Shown: in pieces, positions 63,567-64,000 of the stretch
Layout: each line of letters opens with the position of its first letter
Position numbering within the stretch: the stretch's first letter is position 1
DNA from: Trueperaceae bacterium
Lineage (GTDB): Bacteria > Deinococcota > Deinococci > Deinococcales > Trueperaceae
DNA: 64,000 bases
Direction: 5' to 3'
Assembly (NCBI GenBank): GCA_965215565.1
Contig: CBDCDZ010000004.1
Location: 1,888,001-1,952,000 of the forward strand
Made by a program: the position numbers and the translations under genes
Notes under the pieces: generated by a model
The model's input: only the letters and a program-made list of their open reading frames with translations
What the model was told of the DNA's origin: nothing
Databases searched by the model: none

Positions 63567-64000
63567 CTAGCGCATGTCGTCCTGGTCTTCATCTGGCTCA
63601 CCGGGAAAGGGGTCGGGCTCTATAGGCGGCTCCCCCTCCACGGGCGGCTCTTCTAGCGCTTCATCTGAAGGTGCGTCCTCACCTTCAGCCCCGCCTCCTG
63701 CACCGCCAGTTTCGTCACCACTCGCTTCCCCGTCTGCGCCAACCACCTCAACCGTGAGTATTTCGCTGCCGCGCACCGGATAAGGGAGCGACAAGCGCGA
63801 GAGTTCTCGCAGTTCGTCGTCTACGTACGCCTCGACGATGAGGTCGCTCGAGGGGTCATTCTGCCGCAACACCTCTAAAAGTTCGTCAAAGGAGAGTAGC
63901 GGCTCGCCGTCGCCGGTGGCTTCGCCGGGCTCTAAACCGCCCCTTACCGTAAGGTCTAAAGGTCCTGAAAGCGACTCGGGCAGTGGGATGCGGAGCGTCT
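63567..64000 (-). CDS. 3' end of a gene entering from the right, possibly a SpoIVB/S55 peptidase-domain protein
   Basis: Open frame from the window edge: LRIPLP...LDLTVRGG...SFDELLEVL, with an acidic Pro-rich tail. Confidence 0.45.
   Translation of the reverse strand, partial: TLRIPLPESLSGPLDLTVRGGLEPGEATGDGEPLLSFDELLEVLRQNDPSSDLIVEAYVDDELRELSRLSLPYPVRGSEILTVEVVGADGEASGDETGGAGGGAEGEDAPSDEALEEPPVEGEPPIEPDPFPGEPDEDQDDMR

Overview
GC-rich bacterial window, probably Deinococcota (Trueperaceae-like). This is inferred from the gene repertoire and from several genes whose -10 box lies only 5-7 nt before the start codon. Core genes sit at both ends: pheS-pheT-cvpA-like-glmS on the left, rimO, pilT-like ATPase, a methyltransferase and fabZ on the right. 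Between them is about 50 kb of accessory, partly decaying DNA. (1) A Tn7-like element sits at the canonical attTn7 position 25 bp after the glmS stop, with tnsABCD broken by deletions, nonsense changes and frameshifts. A second Tn7-like end lies 38 kb away in the wrong orientation. (2) A 16.5-44 kb block encodes envelope, lipid and export functions: lipoprotein hydrolase, glycolipid glycosyltransferases, LolCDE/LolA-like ABC system, RND-MFP-2xTolC pump, two paralogous secreted proteins, two histidine kinases and one OmpR regulator. Seven to eight of its promoters share an 11-bp-periodic (A/T/C)TCTT(A/C/T) repeat exactly 12 bp upstream of the -10 box, suggesting an undescribed regulon. (3) IS630 remnants, a general-stress gene cluster and a decaying copper cluster follow, the clusters bracketed by 167-bp inverted repeats. 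Non-coding highlights are a glmS ribozyme whose core is split by a ~195-nt insertion, a family of ~76-bp hairpin repeats with compensatory stem changes, several MITE-like elements and a strong excess of the palindrome CTCGAG. All calls were made by eye; no searches were run.
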